From: Paraglomus brasilianum
Taxonomy: Eukaryota
NCBI GenBank assembly: GCA_910592345.1
Contig: CAJVPI010000259.1
Span: forward strand, 1 to 38,357
Length of the DNA stretch: 38,357 bases
Reading direction: 5' to 3'
The position numbers were made by a program, and so were the translations under genes. This document shows, one piece after another, positions 22,517 to 36,600 of this stretch. Position 1 is the first letter of the stretch. Every line of letters starts with the position of its first letter. The notes under the pieces are model-generated. The model did not search any database, had not been told where the DNA came from, and saw nothing but the letters and a program-made list of their open reading frames with translations.

Positions 22517-23199
22517 TTTAAAATATTAATTAAAAACGGACATTTTATTTACTTTACTTTTTACTATTACTACATTAAACCAATTACATTATAAGACGTA
22601 GTTTGTACGTATATTTCAAATTACTTTGATAAGTATGTGGTACCAAAGAATGTAATAATTCCAATCCCAAATTTAGTAAAGAGAACGTCCGATCCCGACT
22701 TCTAAATTCGCCCCCTGGAAATGTTCAGATTAAAAGCCCGCCCTTTCTCATAGCAAACGCACTATTCCCCAGAGCTAAAGAAAACCATGAATTCCGCTTG
22801 GAATTTTATGTCATGAGTTTTCTGGTTCTATTCATGAAGCAATTGCACCCTGCCTAATACGAGTTTGTCAATAAGAGTTACTCCACGCAAACTAACCAAA
22901 CACCTGTGAAATAGTCTTGACGAGTAAGGGAATATCGTTCGTTTTGTCATATATAACCCTGGCTGCATAATAAGCTCACCGCATATAACACATTAACGTA
23001 TTGTTCCTCAGATTACTAAAGTTTCTCATAATAGTATTTGTTACAACCATCATTACCATATTTCAATTTCTCTTACTCCCCGCTTTTACTCCTCATATAT
23101 AGCTTTCGCATTCCCTTTTTTTTTTTTTTTATTCTTCCCGTTTGCTAAATTAATAGCGAACCACCACTTTATAAATAACAAAAAAAAAAAGTCAAGTTA

Positions 23200-24053
23200 A
23201 TGATAATGCTAGCTAATGCCCACCCAATACAATCTTTCATTGAACATGAAGAAAGCTGGGAAGACGTCGAATTCCCAGTGTCTTTAATACCTCACGAAAA
23301 GTTGTCAGTTACAACACGTGAGCCGTTTCCGGATTTTAGTGAAGAGGAAGATGATGAGGAAGAAGATTCATTCGGATCGGATTGCAGTACATTAATAGCC
23401 AACAAGTTTCATTCACAAAGTACATTAATAACCAACAAGTTTAATCCACAAGCCGTCCAGATTAATGGCAACATGATGTTTGACCCAGTGAAAAAGCAGT
23501 GGTCAAAGATAAAACGCCCACATGACGAAGAGTCTGATAGTTCTGATGACGATGACTGGCTAGTAGATGACAATAAAAAGGAGGAAGAAGATCAGTTTAA
23601 GGTTGGAGGGGAATTCGATATTACTCCGGGATTGGAGGCGACGTTGCTTGCTGCCGAAAGACAGCATGGTAAAGATATAATGAAATGGTATCCAGCACCT
23701 CGAATTCCCAAGAATGAGGAGAGGTTTGGATTGAAAAATATGACTGTTCTTAAGGGACATTTGTATGAGATCAGAAAGGTGGGTAAACGGAAAAGAAAGG
23801 GAGCGCAAGACTTTTTTGGATGGTTCAAGTGTGGCAATCGTTAAAATCCTGCCCATCATAATGTATGTCAACGTTGGTGTTGAGACATAAGTTGTTATAG
23901 ACTCGATGACTGTTTGGTTAACTGACGTTCTTTGAATCCTCTGAACAGGTGCCTCCCGCTCGCAATTCTCCTAGTCGTTCATCCCGTCGCTTATCCCGTC
24001 GCTCATCCCGTCGCTCATCTCGACAATCTGCCGGTACTCGTCGTTGGCGTTAA
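23200..24053 (+). CDS. Compact Byr4/Bfa1-like protein (SIN/MEN two-component GAP scaffold family), ~227 aa, 2 exons
   Basis: Exons 23200-23778 and 23949-24053. Motifs EESWEDVEF, GNMMFDPVKKQW, an acidic tract, VGGEFDITP..ERQH..KW and LYEIR recall the Byr4/Bfa1 conserved blocks. C-terminal SRRLSRRSSRRSSRQS tail. Confidence 0.6.
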
Positions 24054-24567
24054 GCGAATCTTGTATGCATTGCTAAATGTGATTTTTCCATATTAACCTC
24101 CACCAAAGCACTTCATCGCATATAATTCTGCATTCTGCATTCTATTCATTCTGTACTTTTATGTCAGTATCATTACTTATTGATCGTTCATTTATTTTTT
24201 ACCTGCGTTAATTAATCCGTTAATTAATTACATTACATTCTTGTAAAATCTGTAAATAGACATTTTCACGTACTTAATCAAGCAATTCGCACGTTTCTAT
24301 TTGCAAGATGAGGTGCTAATTCCATAATTATGAACACATCTGCGCGCAATCTCTGATAGATAAATAAATTGTTCAAAAAAGTCAATTACTTCAAAGATTT
24401 ATCGTGTGTTCCTTTTGTCAGTTTCTTGACAAGACGTTTTAAGGTGAGAATCTCTAGCAATTAATAGGCATCAAGTAAATGTATTAGTTATGGCAGTTTA
24501 TAATAAGCGATGATGTCACACGATAGTGTGAATGAGGATGACGATTGGCCATCACATTCGACCTTCA

Positions 24568-25636
24568 ATGATGCTTGGAACAGTTTCGCGTCGATTAGCA
24601 AACTTCTGCTCTGTTGGTATTTATTAAAGTTGAATACGCTAGCTCTGCCTTATTAATCTATTCAAACTCTGAATCTCTCCCAGTCAGGTTTTATTCCTTC
24701 GAACGTTAAGCCGTCTCTCCGAATATATAACTTGCGTCAAGCCTCAACTTTACCTGTAGTCACCGTTCATCCTACAAATATAAGAAATCCTCCGCAATGG
24801 ACACCGAAACAGACTGCGATTGTTGCGTCACTGATAAGGCGATATTTCGCGACTTCGTATAGTTTTAATACGTACAATATTGTGAAGGAATTGGAAGAGA
24901 AGGGATTTACCAGAGGACAGTCTGTGGCTATAATGAAGTGCTTTAGAGCTTTATTATTAGATACGTCTACAACACTAAAGTCGCAGATGCTTGCAAAATC
25001 TGGATTGGATAATGTAAGTGGAGCTATATTGACAGAATGGTAGCAGGATTGACATTCTTCAGTCTTGCCCTATCACTATTAACTAACCGTTCTCTTTTTT
25101 ACAGGAACTATATCTCTTCCGCGCAGCTCTTAGCGAGCTTAGGACAGAAATGCAGATTTTACGTAAAAACGATACCGCTGCTCTCCTCTCCCAAACGTCC
25201 CAAATCCAACGAGATCTCAATGCGATCTCCCGCCGCATGACTGACGATATTGCAACATTGAAAAACGAGATGCAGATCGATTTCAATAATCGAAGGGACG
25301 ATATAAGGCTTGACCAGAAGAAAATGCAGTTAAAATTGGAAGAAATGAATAATCGGTGTATGATTGCTTTAGGGGAAATAAGAACGGCTGTTGAGGCGCT
25401 CAAGTGGGAGACTACGAGGAAAGGAATAAGTGAGTTAAAGGGAGGTTGATGAAATTAATGAGGGACGTTTAATTACAATTACTGATTGATACGTGTTGGG
25501 TTATTTATCGTCTACAGTAGCAATATTTGGTATAGGGGTGTTTAGTTTGTTGGTCATGTTTGTTAAGGAGAAAAACGCTCGAAAACAGCAGACGACAAAT
25601 AAGGTATCGACATTTCCCGAACTGCAAGATGGCTGA
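24568..25636 (+). CDS. Mitochondrial coiled-coil CCDC90/MCUR1-family protein (DUF1640; yeast Fmp32/Ylr283w-like)
   Basis: Exons approximately 24568-24616, 24688-25013, 25105-25429, 25518-25636. Basic presequence MMLGTVSRRLANF, head motif FNTYNIVKELEEKGFTRGQSVAIM, ELYLFRAALSELRTEMQ, coiled coil, KWETTR and a C-terminal TM helix IAIFGIGVFSLLVMFV. Confidence 0.85.
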
Positions 25637-26170
25637 AAAGTAATGCGAAAATGTCTTTATTTTCAAAACTTATGTTACAACATCGAAATAAACTATTTCA
25701 TTCCTTCAAAGTAGTGACCGTCTCTATCTATGCAAAGTTGTAACCTACGCCAATCCTCAAACGATTTATGGTACTCGTCTTTTGATATACTCGAAGTAAT
25801 TGATTGAACGGCCCCGCGCAAGATTTTCAACTTTTTACTTTTTTGATTCTAGGAACAGCAGGGACTGTAGGGTGGAAGAATACTACTACCGTTTTCCTTT
25901 TTCAGATACTTAGTGACCACTTTTGAAGTATGTGGCACAGACTTATCGTGATGAAGCATGACATATTTCTTTTATATTTCTGGTAAAATCTTATCGGCAT
26001 ACCTTTTGGCACCACTATTGATTTAGTAACAGAGACCGAAAGTAACAAATGTATGGCATGTGTGGTGTGAATAGTATGTGAATGCATTGGTTATCAGAAA
26101 AAAGAATAGCAATTCACATATTACACCCCCACACGGTCATCTTTCCCGTTATTCACGATGACAGATTGAT

Positions 26171-26228
26171 GGCCGCACGCGCGCTACACTGATGAAGTCA
26201 GCGAGTTTCTCCAACCTTGGCCGGGAGG
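26171..26228 (+). rRNA. Isolated ~58-nt fragment of eukaryotic 18S rDNA (not a functional rRNA gene)
   Basis: GGCCGCACGCGCGCTACACTGATGAAGTCAGCGAGTT...AACCTTGGCCGGGAGG matches the conserved SSU GCACGCGCGCTACACTGA segment and its fungal downstream context. The flanks are not continuous rDNA. Confidence 0.8.
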
Positions 26229-26566
26229 CGGATAGCAAGTATTAATATGTACAGTATCTCTATTGGGGCGATCAGAATGTGAAGTGATTATTCCATTATT
26301 TGTTGTCAAAGAAATCAACGACCTGGGCTTAAAAACCCACGACATAGTAACTGACGGAACTTTCATCAGTATTTCGAACTTGACCCGAAGGGGAGATGCA
26401 ATTAATTGGTTTATAACGATATTAATGGTTATGCGGATCTTATAATATTTACAAGCACGTTACACAATAAACACGTGGTTTCGATATACAACAAAATTGC
26501 CTCCAATACTCAATAAAGAGAATACTCGACATCAACTACCTTTTTCAACAATTTCTTTCTTCTAGC

Positions 26567-29500
26567 ATGGATCCCTATCGACCTCCTCCATACGGTACTT
26601 CAATTACCTTATTTTGTTTCTGTGCGCTACAGCTTTCTTCACCTAGCCATCCAAGTCTGCAATCTCATTGATCAGTTCCTTCTTCCTCTTTCTGATCTTT
26701 AAGCGCCGTACCGGCCGCCCTATAACATGCCGGGCAGTATGCCAAGTGGAATGCCAAACTTTGGCCAGCCAATGCATAGACCAGGCTTTGTTCCAGGTCC
26801 TTTTCACGGACGACCAGGGTTTGGCCACCCGCCTCGTTCAGGCTTCGCCGTTCAAGTTCCCGGAGGACCGGCAGCTGGCAATTCCAACGAAACAGAAAAA
26901 CTCACAACCCTTTTTATTGGTGGCATCTCGACCGGCGTAACTGACGAATGGATGGAGAAAGTTCTCAAGGTAATTAAGCCCGTTAGAGAATACGTATTAG
27001 TGGATCGAAAAGAAAAAAAAATAAAATTAAAAATAAAACAAAGGGGAGCGGAGTGAAAAAAAAACCCATCGCCATTATTTGTCAACAAGTTGACGATGTT
27101 TTACCCAAAACTTCGAAAGGAATCATTGCAATAAAGTATTGGGTATTTATTTGGGAACTACAACACCTTCAAAAAGTCTGTGCTGGCCTTGGACGTTTTA
27201 GTCGAACTCTAACTTGGCGAAGGTTTGGTACCAAACTTAAATTTTTGACCTTCGAAATTGATTGCGACGAGGGAAGACCGTGTCATAGTCGTTTGAAGAC
27301 TATAGAACGCAATTTCATAGTGTCGGAAATTATATCGTTCCTTTGCGTGTGGCTTATTTTAACGTTGCTAACCTTTTTTGTTCCTGATACCTATTACTTC
27401 TCTCCGCATGGAATTTAGACGTGCGGCGCGTTGAAGGCGTGGAAGAGGGTTAAAGATCAATCAGGCAATCCAAAGGCATTTGGATTTGCCGAATATGCTA
27501 ACGCCGACAGTGTCTTGCGAGCATTACGAGTATTGGGGGGCGAGGGCGCAGGAGAGGATAGAAAAGATAATGGTGTAGTTTTACCTGCATTGGAAGAAGG
27601 AGCGTCACCAAAGAAACTCTTAGTAAGTTAATTACTATGCGTTACTTATTCTACCCGAGTCACTATATGAATTTAACGATTGAGATTGTGTAATAGGTCC
27701 GAGCTGATGAAGAAACGAGAAAATATCTCGATCAATACGAAGCCGCAAGACCGAGAACAGCGGTATGTACACACTGGTAGAACCTCAGTTCCAAAATTTA
27801 TTAAGTTTTTACTTTTTGTATTAATTCTGTTGTGGGGTTATTTTGCTTTCTTTTTTTCAGCATGATAGCGAACAAGACAAGAATGCACTACTCGCAGTCA
27901 TAGCTGTTATCGAAGAGATGACAAAACCACAAGACCAATCAACTTCCCCGTCATCAAAATCTCTGCAAGAGGACGCTAAATCAACAACATCTTCACCGGC
28001 GGCTGAAAATTTAGAGAAAAATGAGGAAACAGATCTTCCTGCTGATTTACCACCAGAGCAGAAAGATCTTATATATCGCGAAATAGCAATATTTAGAGAA
28101 CGTGCAGCACAACGCGAACGAGAGCGTCGACGAGAAGATGAAGAGCGGGCTAATCGTCGAGCAAAGGCAGAAAAAGACAGAGAGGAACGACGCCGTGGGA
28201 ATGGGGAAAGGGATAATAGAGATAGACAATTTGGACAATACCAACAGGCAGTAAATTTTGTTCCGGCTCGTGAGGATAAACATGATTATGTTTTAGACGA
28301 TGAAGATGAAGAACGAAGGCGACAAGCCAAGAGGGAAAAAGAGTTAGAGATGGCCTTTAAGGAGGTTGGTATGAATAATTTGGTGAACGAGTCTACTCTG
28401 CAAAAGTTGTAAATTTACAATTCATTGTTTAATTCAAACCCATCGTACATTTGAACTTTATTATTGTCTAGAGAGAAAGACGTTGGGAGCAACGCGAAGC
28501 AAAATTTGCAAGGCAGTACGAAAGGGAAATGCGACAAGAAGCAGATCAGAAGGAAAAGGAAATACGTGACAGAGAAATAATGGCAAGAAAACTCGCTGAA
28601 TGGAACGATGATGTTGAAACAGAGCGTGGCACAGAACAATATTACAGAGATCGGTATGGTGGTTAAGTGTTTGTATTATTAAACATCGTTTTATTCTCGT
28701 GTCCATTTCTTATGACTGTCTATTGCTTAGGTCTCGATGGTGGTACCATAGACAACAAGTGAGAGCTCGCGAGCTTGCAGCGGACGAACAAGACCGCCTT
28801 CAAGAACAAGAAGAAATGGAAGCGGAAAAACGACGACAACAAAGAGAACGAGCACTTGAAGAACGTAAACAAGAAGAATTAATAGAGAATGAGAAAGTGA
28901 CTAAACCTCTTTCCGAGGCAGATACAAATTCTACTCCTAATGTACAAGATGCAAACAACTCTACACAAACGAACAATGGTAGTGTCAAAGCAAAATTAAC
29001 ACTGAACATAACAAATAAACGACGAGCAGCGGTTATGACTGCTGCTGCTGATGACGAAGAGTCTGACGAAGATGAATCTGAGACCAGATGGAAGAAGCGA
29101 GCGCTTGTGCCGTTAGAGTATAGCGATGAGGAAGACGATGAGAAGAAGAGCGAGGAGAGGAAAAAGAAGATTCGGGAGTTGGTGAATACTATTCCAACAG
29201 AGAAGGAAGAATTATGGAAGTGGGAAGTAAAATGGGACGAATTAGATGAGGTATTGTTTTTGATGTTTCTGGAATAAATTCACTGCTACTAAACAAATCT
29301 CATTAATATTATGTTGTTTGGTTCGCGTCATGATAGAATATTCTTAATAAGAAATTACAACCGTTTGTAAGCAAGAAAATTGTACATTATCTTGGAGAAC
29401 AAGAAGACGAGCTTGTATCATTTGTGATGGACCAATTACGCCGTAAAAGACCAGCGGATGAACTTACAAAGGAGATGGAATCGGTAACTCTCAAGCTCTT

Positions 29501-29636
29501 ATTTAACAGTATAAATGTTTTTGTTTTTGCTAATATTATTTTCATGTAGACGCTGGATGAAGATGCAGAGATTTTTGTAATGAAATTATGGCGAATGCTT
29601 ATATTTGAGACGGAAGGTAAAACGCGAAAAATCTAA
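26567..29636 (+). CDS. RBM25: U1 snRNP-associated splicing factor RBM25/Snu71 (RRM, RE/RD-rich region, PWI), 9 exons
   Basis: Pro-rich N-terminus, RRM (TLFIGGI..WKRV..KAFGFAEY), REIAIFRER, charged region, EWNDDVE..EQYYRDR, LVPLEY, IPTEKEELWKWEVKW and PWI domain (PFVSKKIVHYLGEQE..LDEDAEIFVMKLWRMLIFE). GT-AG introns splice in frame. Confidence 0.9.
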
Positions 29637-29877
29637 GCCGATGGAGGGGAAATGTTGAAGAAAAGAAAGTTGGTGTCTTTGGATGATAGTATGTGAATAA
29701 TAAATAATAACCCGGTTGTACAGAAAGGAATTTCCTAGTTGGGACTTGAGCAGACAAATCATGTGACTTCGAATACTGTAAGACTTTACTGGAAGCGCGA
29801 AAAGGTCAAAATCACGACGATCTAGTAAGCAGCAGTATTATCTAAGAACATGCAACGTGATTTACTCCAAGTCTCCT

Positions 29878-31169
29878 TCATTTGGTAACCTTGCTGGGGC
29901 CAGGATAACCCAGTCGTCTATGAAGCCCACTAAATAGCTCCAGATAATCTGGTTCGTTGTCGGGCGTAATAACTCCGTGACGAATCAAGAAATCAATAAC
30001 AACTGCAGTGGCAAAGCATAAAGCATAAAAACAAGATAAGACCAACAAATAGAGTTTTAGTACTCTTGAAATTTTGAGCGAATATTTTAATGAAAGAGTT
30101 TACAAACCTAATCCACAGTTTGGTTTGAATTCACCATTACGTAAATGTTGTTCGAGCTGTTCGTTTGAACAATAATAGTTATTTAACTGATATACAAGAA
30201 CGTAAGTAAATCGCATATGTGTTATTATATCTAATGAATTACCTCGTTTAAATCCCAAAGATAAAAACATTCGACCTCATCATCGTTTGGCTTGGGTACA
30301 ACGTCAACCGGTAATTCCAAATCGTAGATATATCTAAGGTTATAACGATATACATATTTTAGCCCGCCTTAAATTACTGTTGATTCTCCAAGTTTGTACA
30401 GACACTCAACTGTGTCTCGGGCTGTAATTCTGTTCGAGTAGCATAGAAATAAGCTATAGCTCCAACAGATTGCGCCTTTTCGGCAATATGACTAGGTAGA
30501 CTAGCCTCCTCCATTGCTTCTTTTATCAGAGTCTCTTTAACAGATTGTGTATGTGTGATGCCACCCGCTACTGCATTATCTAACCAGCCCGGCCATGATG
30601 GTTTACTAGATGCTCGTTTGCCAATCCACATTTTCAGTTTACCGTCCGACATGCGGGTGTATGCGTTGAGGTGAACACCGAACGTAGATATACCAAAAAG
30701 GTTCGAAGCAGCGCGTTCAATTATGAACGCTACATTATTAGTGTTTGATGGGTCACCGTAGACTGGATAAAGTTCGTCGCGCCAGCCTAATAATAAAGTA
30801 CGAAGAAAGTACCATTAGGGGGAGGGACGATTAATTTGAATAACAAAATTGAGACTTTGCCTCACCACGCAAGTGTACGAACGCATCCTCTTCCCTCCAC
30901 GTGTCAAACAATTGCTTAATGACGGCATTTCTCTCATCGAGCGTATTAATTTCCTTCCCGAACGTTACAGATTTCTCACTTATATCAAACGGTTTCACTA
31001 TAAATCTGTTATTGTACTCTTTTAATTTCTCAACAACGTCCGGGAATAGCAAGCCTATTTTCCTTCCAAACAGTGTAAATGGTATTAATTTTGATTTCGG
31101 TATATGTTGATCATCGTCATCGTAGGGAAAGCAGTCGCATTTTCTGACCAGTTCAATCAATGAGGGCAT
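29878..31169 (-). CDS. Nudix hydrolase, YJR142W/Tnr3-N-terminal-like (DUF4743 plus Nudix), 5 exons
   Basis: Exons 31169-30866, 30786-30411, 30333-30243, 30156-30108, 30002-29878. Motifs [90 protein letters not shown]. Confidence 0.92.
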
Positions 31170-32197
31170 TTTTGATGAACTGGGTATACGAGAAAAGAGA
31201 AAGAATGAGAGAAATTCATTGTAATGGATAAATTTTGATGGAAGTTTCTCAAAATGGCAGCAATTGTCCGATGGGGGTCATACCTGTTGCAGTCTCACCT
31301 ATTAGAATGGATATTTGGGACATGATGGGGGGAAGAGGAGAGGAGAAACAATGATTGATTATCTCATTGGCGCCATCTTTGGACAAAAGATTGGTAAGTG
31401 CTATCATAAGAATAACAAGTCACATGAGAGCCTTACAGAGAGATAAGAGTATTCACATATAGAAAGTCGGGTCTCATCACACGAGGTTTATTACGTCATT
31501 AATGATAGGCCGTCAAAGAAAAGGGCGGGCTGTACCCTAGCACAATACCTTTTATCTTTACGTTTCGCTTTAAAACTCAAAGATGTTTGTAATACATACA
31601 AAGAAAGAGGTGGGGGGAGTGTTTATTTATCGAACGGTTAGATGAGCATATTACATACGAGCATTATATTTAATTGGACGGTTGAGTTTTTTTTTTTTTT
31701 TTTTCGCGCTCTTTTCGTTGAATAGACAATTCAGAACCCCCCCTTTGCGACCCCTTTTTTGCAACCCCTTTTGCAGTTCACGTTAGGGATTTCAGCTCCT
31801 GAATATTATTAGAGTTGGGGCTTGTGCATTGTCCATCATGGTTTATTTCCTATGAATATATAGAAAAGAGATGTTGATAGTCACAAAGATGATCTTGTAC
31901 AATTCTTGCGATAATCGGGATATTTTTGACAGAAGGTAATTCTTTCGAGTTGACATTGTCCCTCTTGTTCCATAAATAGCCCAAAGCATACGGATAATAA
32001 AGCATAAACCAATAATAGACCGCAGTGTTCCAAAACATTGCCGTCAATTGGAGATGCCAAATGCAAGGCATGTGGGAGGTCGTGTGATGTACCAAAGTGA
32101 GCATTGAATCTTATCTAGTATGCATATCGTCTTGAAAGCGGTCGGAAGCGAGAACATTTGATTTCCGTCCCAAATCGCTTGGCTATGGTTGGTGCGA

Positions 32198-32248
32198 GCG
32201 TAACCGTAACCGTCGTAACCGTAACCACAACCGCAACCGTAACCGTAA
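32198..32248 (+). repeat. Imperfect hexamer microsatellite (CCGTAA/TAACCG)n
   Basis: GTAACCGTAACCGTCGTAACCGTAACCACAACCGCAACCGTAACCGTAAC seen directly. Confidence 0.8.
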
Positions 32249-32791
32249 CAGTACACGGACAGCACCCTCGCACTATCACTATCTCACTCAATTCGGTAAA
32301 CTCGGCCCTTTTATCCCCTTTCCCAGCGCAGAAGTAGAATTTTTGACGGAATTATGGAAAAACCGACAGCTTTTGTAACCGATATAATGGATATTTTAAA
32401 TAGTTATTTTTTCTCAGCCTTGCCCTAGTCTAATCCATAGTCGGCACGAATCGGAACATAATAACGAATTAAACAATAAACAAGTCATCAAAGAGACAAT
32501 AAAAAAAGCAAGCTTTGGCTTTTTGGCTGGCGCTTTTTTCCATTACGCCCAAATAACAATGAGCATCAATCATGTCCATCGCATCTCTTCTTTTTTGCCT
32601 TCCTTCTGGGAAAAAAAAAAAAAAGGCCGAACCTCATTCGAGTACCAATAACCGCTTCATATCCATTACTAGACAATAATCCAAATAATAGCATGATCAG
32701 CATCGGTAATTAAAAAGACATACCCGGAATATGAAATCAAGTGGGCAATATACAGATATAATGGCAGACTACTCTTCGTAACGGACTCATT

Positions 32792-32828
32792 CATGCTCAT
32801 GCCCATGCCCATGCCATGCCCATGCCAT
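32792..32828 (+). repeat. Imperfect (CATGCC)n microsatellite
   Basis: CATGCTCATGCCCATGCCCATGCCATGCCCATGCCAT seen directly. Confidence 0.75.
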
Positions 32829-33696
32829 ATCCTGCTATTCTGAACCATTGCCATACCTACATTGCCAAATTATGACTTCACAATCATTCTGTCAATGTGC
32901 AATCTTCACGCTATCCTACCCCCAAAGAGGAAAAAGCCATCCTGTGCATTTTCAGGTGAATCTTCTTTGCCACTAATAAACATGGCACCAATCAGTTGTA
33001 CGCCCTTGAGAACGTAAGTACTACAAATATGTACAAAGCATGTCCCAACCAGGTGTAATTTTAAACTTTGCCTATTCGATATAACATATTCCGGACTGTG
33101 TTTATTTTAACGCGAAGAAAAAATTAAATTAATTCCGAATTTCTACTCGGCATATCACAATATTAATATGCTCCTTTGTAATATGGTGACGATGACCGTG
33201 ATGTGATGTACAAACACAACACTCGCCATAAAATGCTCCCAACCTTGCCTATAATCCACTCACTTTCTGTTCCTCGTTATCTTTTTTACTTTTTCTTCTC
33301 TTGTAAATAGTCTCGTTACGGAAATCTCCTTGATTTCCAAACTATATATATACACACATATATATACTCTCATATATACATATTTATAAAGTACTGTCAA
33401 CATACTCAGACTAAAATAAAAATATCTAAAAAAATAAACCTGAAAGAAGCGGCGAACTATAGCACTTCGTCTTGACGATTATGACTTACGCTGTCTGAGG
33501 GACGATCAAATTCTCATGTTATCTTACACTTTTCACTCTCATCGACGACGTGCTGCAAGCGAATATACAATACCGTTTGACTGTAACGAAACAAAAACTT
33601 ATTACACGAAATCTATACCTCTACTAGTCTTGAATCTAGTCAAATTAGTAGAGGCAAGAAATAAAGAACAATAAAAGAAATAGTGCCTCTTTAGTC

Positions 33697-36600
33697 ATGG
33701 AGGAAATTCAACAAGTTTGTGTTAGAGCCGCCGAACAGTTATCAAGTGGAAACGTAAAGGTGAGTATGCTTCCTAAACATGCCAACTCCTAGCAAACAAC
33801 GTCTACATGAAAACTATGTCTTGGACGTGTATTGACAATAACTCCCCGCTCGCTTTGTCTGCCCGTTGATACAGGATGCATATTTCACTTATATAGGTGC
33901 ACTTGACGTGGCCTCGAAGGAACTGCATTCGATAAAATTTGTAAATAACGGTAAGTTTACTCTACCTGATCAGAAAAGAGACGACAGAACGAATCGGCTC
34001 GGCACGTTTATCTGAAAAATGTTGTTACAAGGAGAATGTAGAGATTCGACTAGTCGGAAATGAAAAAGTTCTCCGCATATGATCGTTGCTAATACTTCTT
34101 TTTTTTTTCTCCATAAATTAAAAACTCCTCAAATGACAGCCGTGACATCGAAGCCACCGTCAGTTCCATCAATATTCAAAACACTTCAAGCATGCCTAGC
34201 CTACGCAGAAGACATTATAAACAAAAACCAATCGTCAATATTAACGTCTAGAAAAAATGCAAACCTCAATATTGCTATTTATCCACCAACACCATCGCAA
34301 GAAGATCATATCACCGACACTGCCACATCTCCCAGAGCACCTCCCATACCGCCAAAGCCAATGCGCAGATCTACTCCTTCTCCACTTTCATCTCCCAGAC
34401 AATCATATAGCGTATCATCATCACCTCCTACTAAACCACCTTTACCTCCAAAACCAACAAGAACGGGAAGTGTAAGAAAGATATTAAGGGAGTTTGAAGC
34501 ACAGGCTGCGGCTACAACAACCGTTACTGCAAATGATTCTGATAATGTGGATGAAGGTGGTGGTGAAGATACTGATAACGATACTGATAATTCGGATTCG
34601 GATTCGGATGATGAAGACGAGGATTCAGGACAAGGTATGTGTTGCGAGCAAACATTTAAAATTCCCGGTGTAGCAAGTCAAATATCAGACAATGCAAATA
34701 ATATTATAGATAAGACAAGGACATGTATAGTGTCGACATATCTATGCGTCGGCGAAAGTCAAAGAGTCTCTGACCTTTATGTCTTGCTAGTTACCTGTAC
34801 ATACAAGTGTCATTACTAGTGGTGGAATTTATAACTATTATTAGACAGTTTCTTTATTGCCAACTATATCAATCGCTTCAAACAGAATGTTGCCTAATTG
34901 ATTTTTATATTTCACTATTCTGACTCGCTATCGCTCCTGTTTATTACATAGGAACGTACTCGAGATCTGACAGCAATCTAAAGGTCTCATCGGATACATC
35001 TCGTCGACGTTCGGCATCACCCAATCTATCCATAATCATCAGAAAGGATTCACCAGTAGTTGACTCGGTTACCGACTCGCAAACAGATGAAGAGTCGCCG
35101 AGCTCCTCTCACGCAGCATCGTCACCACCAACATCATATTATGCATCGATGAACCAGTCAAATTCTCATCCATTGTCATTTTTGTACGAAAAGTCAAGCG
35201 TACCATGTAAGACGGTATATCCGGAGGGAGCTGTTGATCCCACAAACATGGCCGAAGCCACAGTTATTACAGACATTCACAATATGCGAGATCCAAGTTC
35301 GCCTACATCAATAACTTTTACTGATCATGTGCCGAAAATTCCTGCATCGCCTCTTTTAACATCAAATTCACGATTGGAACAAAAAATAAGAGCATTAGAA
35401 ACAAAGATAGCTGAATATCGGGCTGTATCCAAGGATAGAGAATCCGGGGTAGGTATTAAAGACGATAAAGGACAATTACTATCCGATTTAAGTGATGAAG
35501 AGATATCGGATGCTATTAAAGAATTCAATACTACACTGGCTGCCTCAAGACGAGCGATTACAAAGACACATAAGCTTGTTCAAAAGGCAGCCGTTGAGTT
35601 TGATGCTTTACAGTTCCCACCCTACTTGATTGCATATCAATTGACACTTATCGAATCAGCAATATTTTTAGAGATAGATCCCGCAGCACTGTTAACCCAT
35701 TCACTCAAAACACCCGATACAAAGATAACTGCATCAACGGACTTTTTCAACTATCTTACTCGGCTAGTCGAGTTGACAATATTGTCCCCTACAGAAGCAG
35801 CAACGAGAGCTCAAATTATTCATCATTGGGTCAAAGTAGCAGTTAAATTGAACGAATTACAAAATTATCAAACACTAAAAGCTATATTGTCGGCACTCGG
35901 TACACCGCCTATTATGAGACTTAAACGTACTTGGACATGCATTCCAAAGAAGAGCACAACTAAATTAGAGACATTGAATGAGCTGATGAGCGAAGCAAGA
36001 AATTATCAGAAATACCGCGAATTCATACAGAAAGAGGGATTTGCACGGAGAGCAATAGTGCCTTTTTTAGGAACATTTATCATGGATGCTACATACCTTT
36101 TAGCCGCAGTCAAGTCTCAGTCTCAATCTGGGGCAAGTCAACCTGGTAATGGACCACCTCCGACACCAAGCTCAACTAACGTATCTTCTCCTTCTTCGCC
36201 AAACATAGTAGCAGCAAGAGATGATCCTCGTGTGCAAGAACTTTTACAAACAATGCATCGTTATCAAACTGGGCCCAAGTTTTCGCCCACGCCACCAACG
36301 CCCTACGTTAAATCGTCAACTAAACACAATTCACACTTCCGCACTGCTAGTCTTAGTGCTGCTCTATATCGTGGTGGATACAAGAGAAACGAAGACGACG
36401 ACGAAACACTTGAAGAAAAACAATGTCTGATTACACATTATTTATTAATTAGACCATGGATGCCTGAAAAAAGTGTTGATGAACTAAGTATATTACGTGA
36501 GCCACCTAAAAACAGGAACGGTAATACTAGTTCCTCCTCTCAGAGGAACAGTGGTGGACGCTTGTCAAGTAGCCTGGTGTCTAATCCATATTCTGAGAGC

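Noticed and set aside
24370..24443. Non-AUG first exon for the DUF1640 gene
   Set aside because: An ATG-initiated exon at 24568-24616 splices in frame and encodes a plausible mitochondrial presequence.
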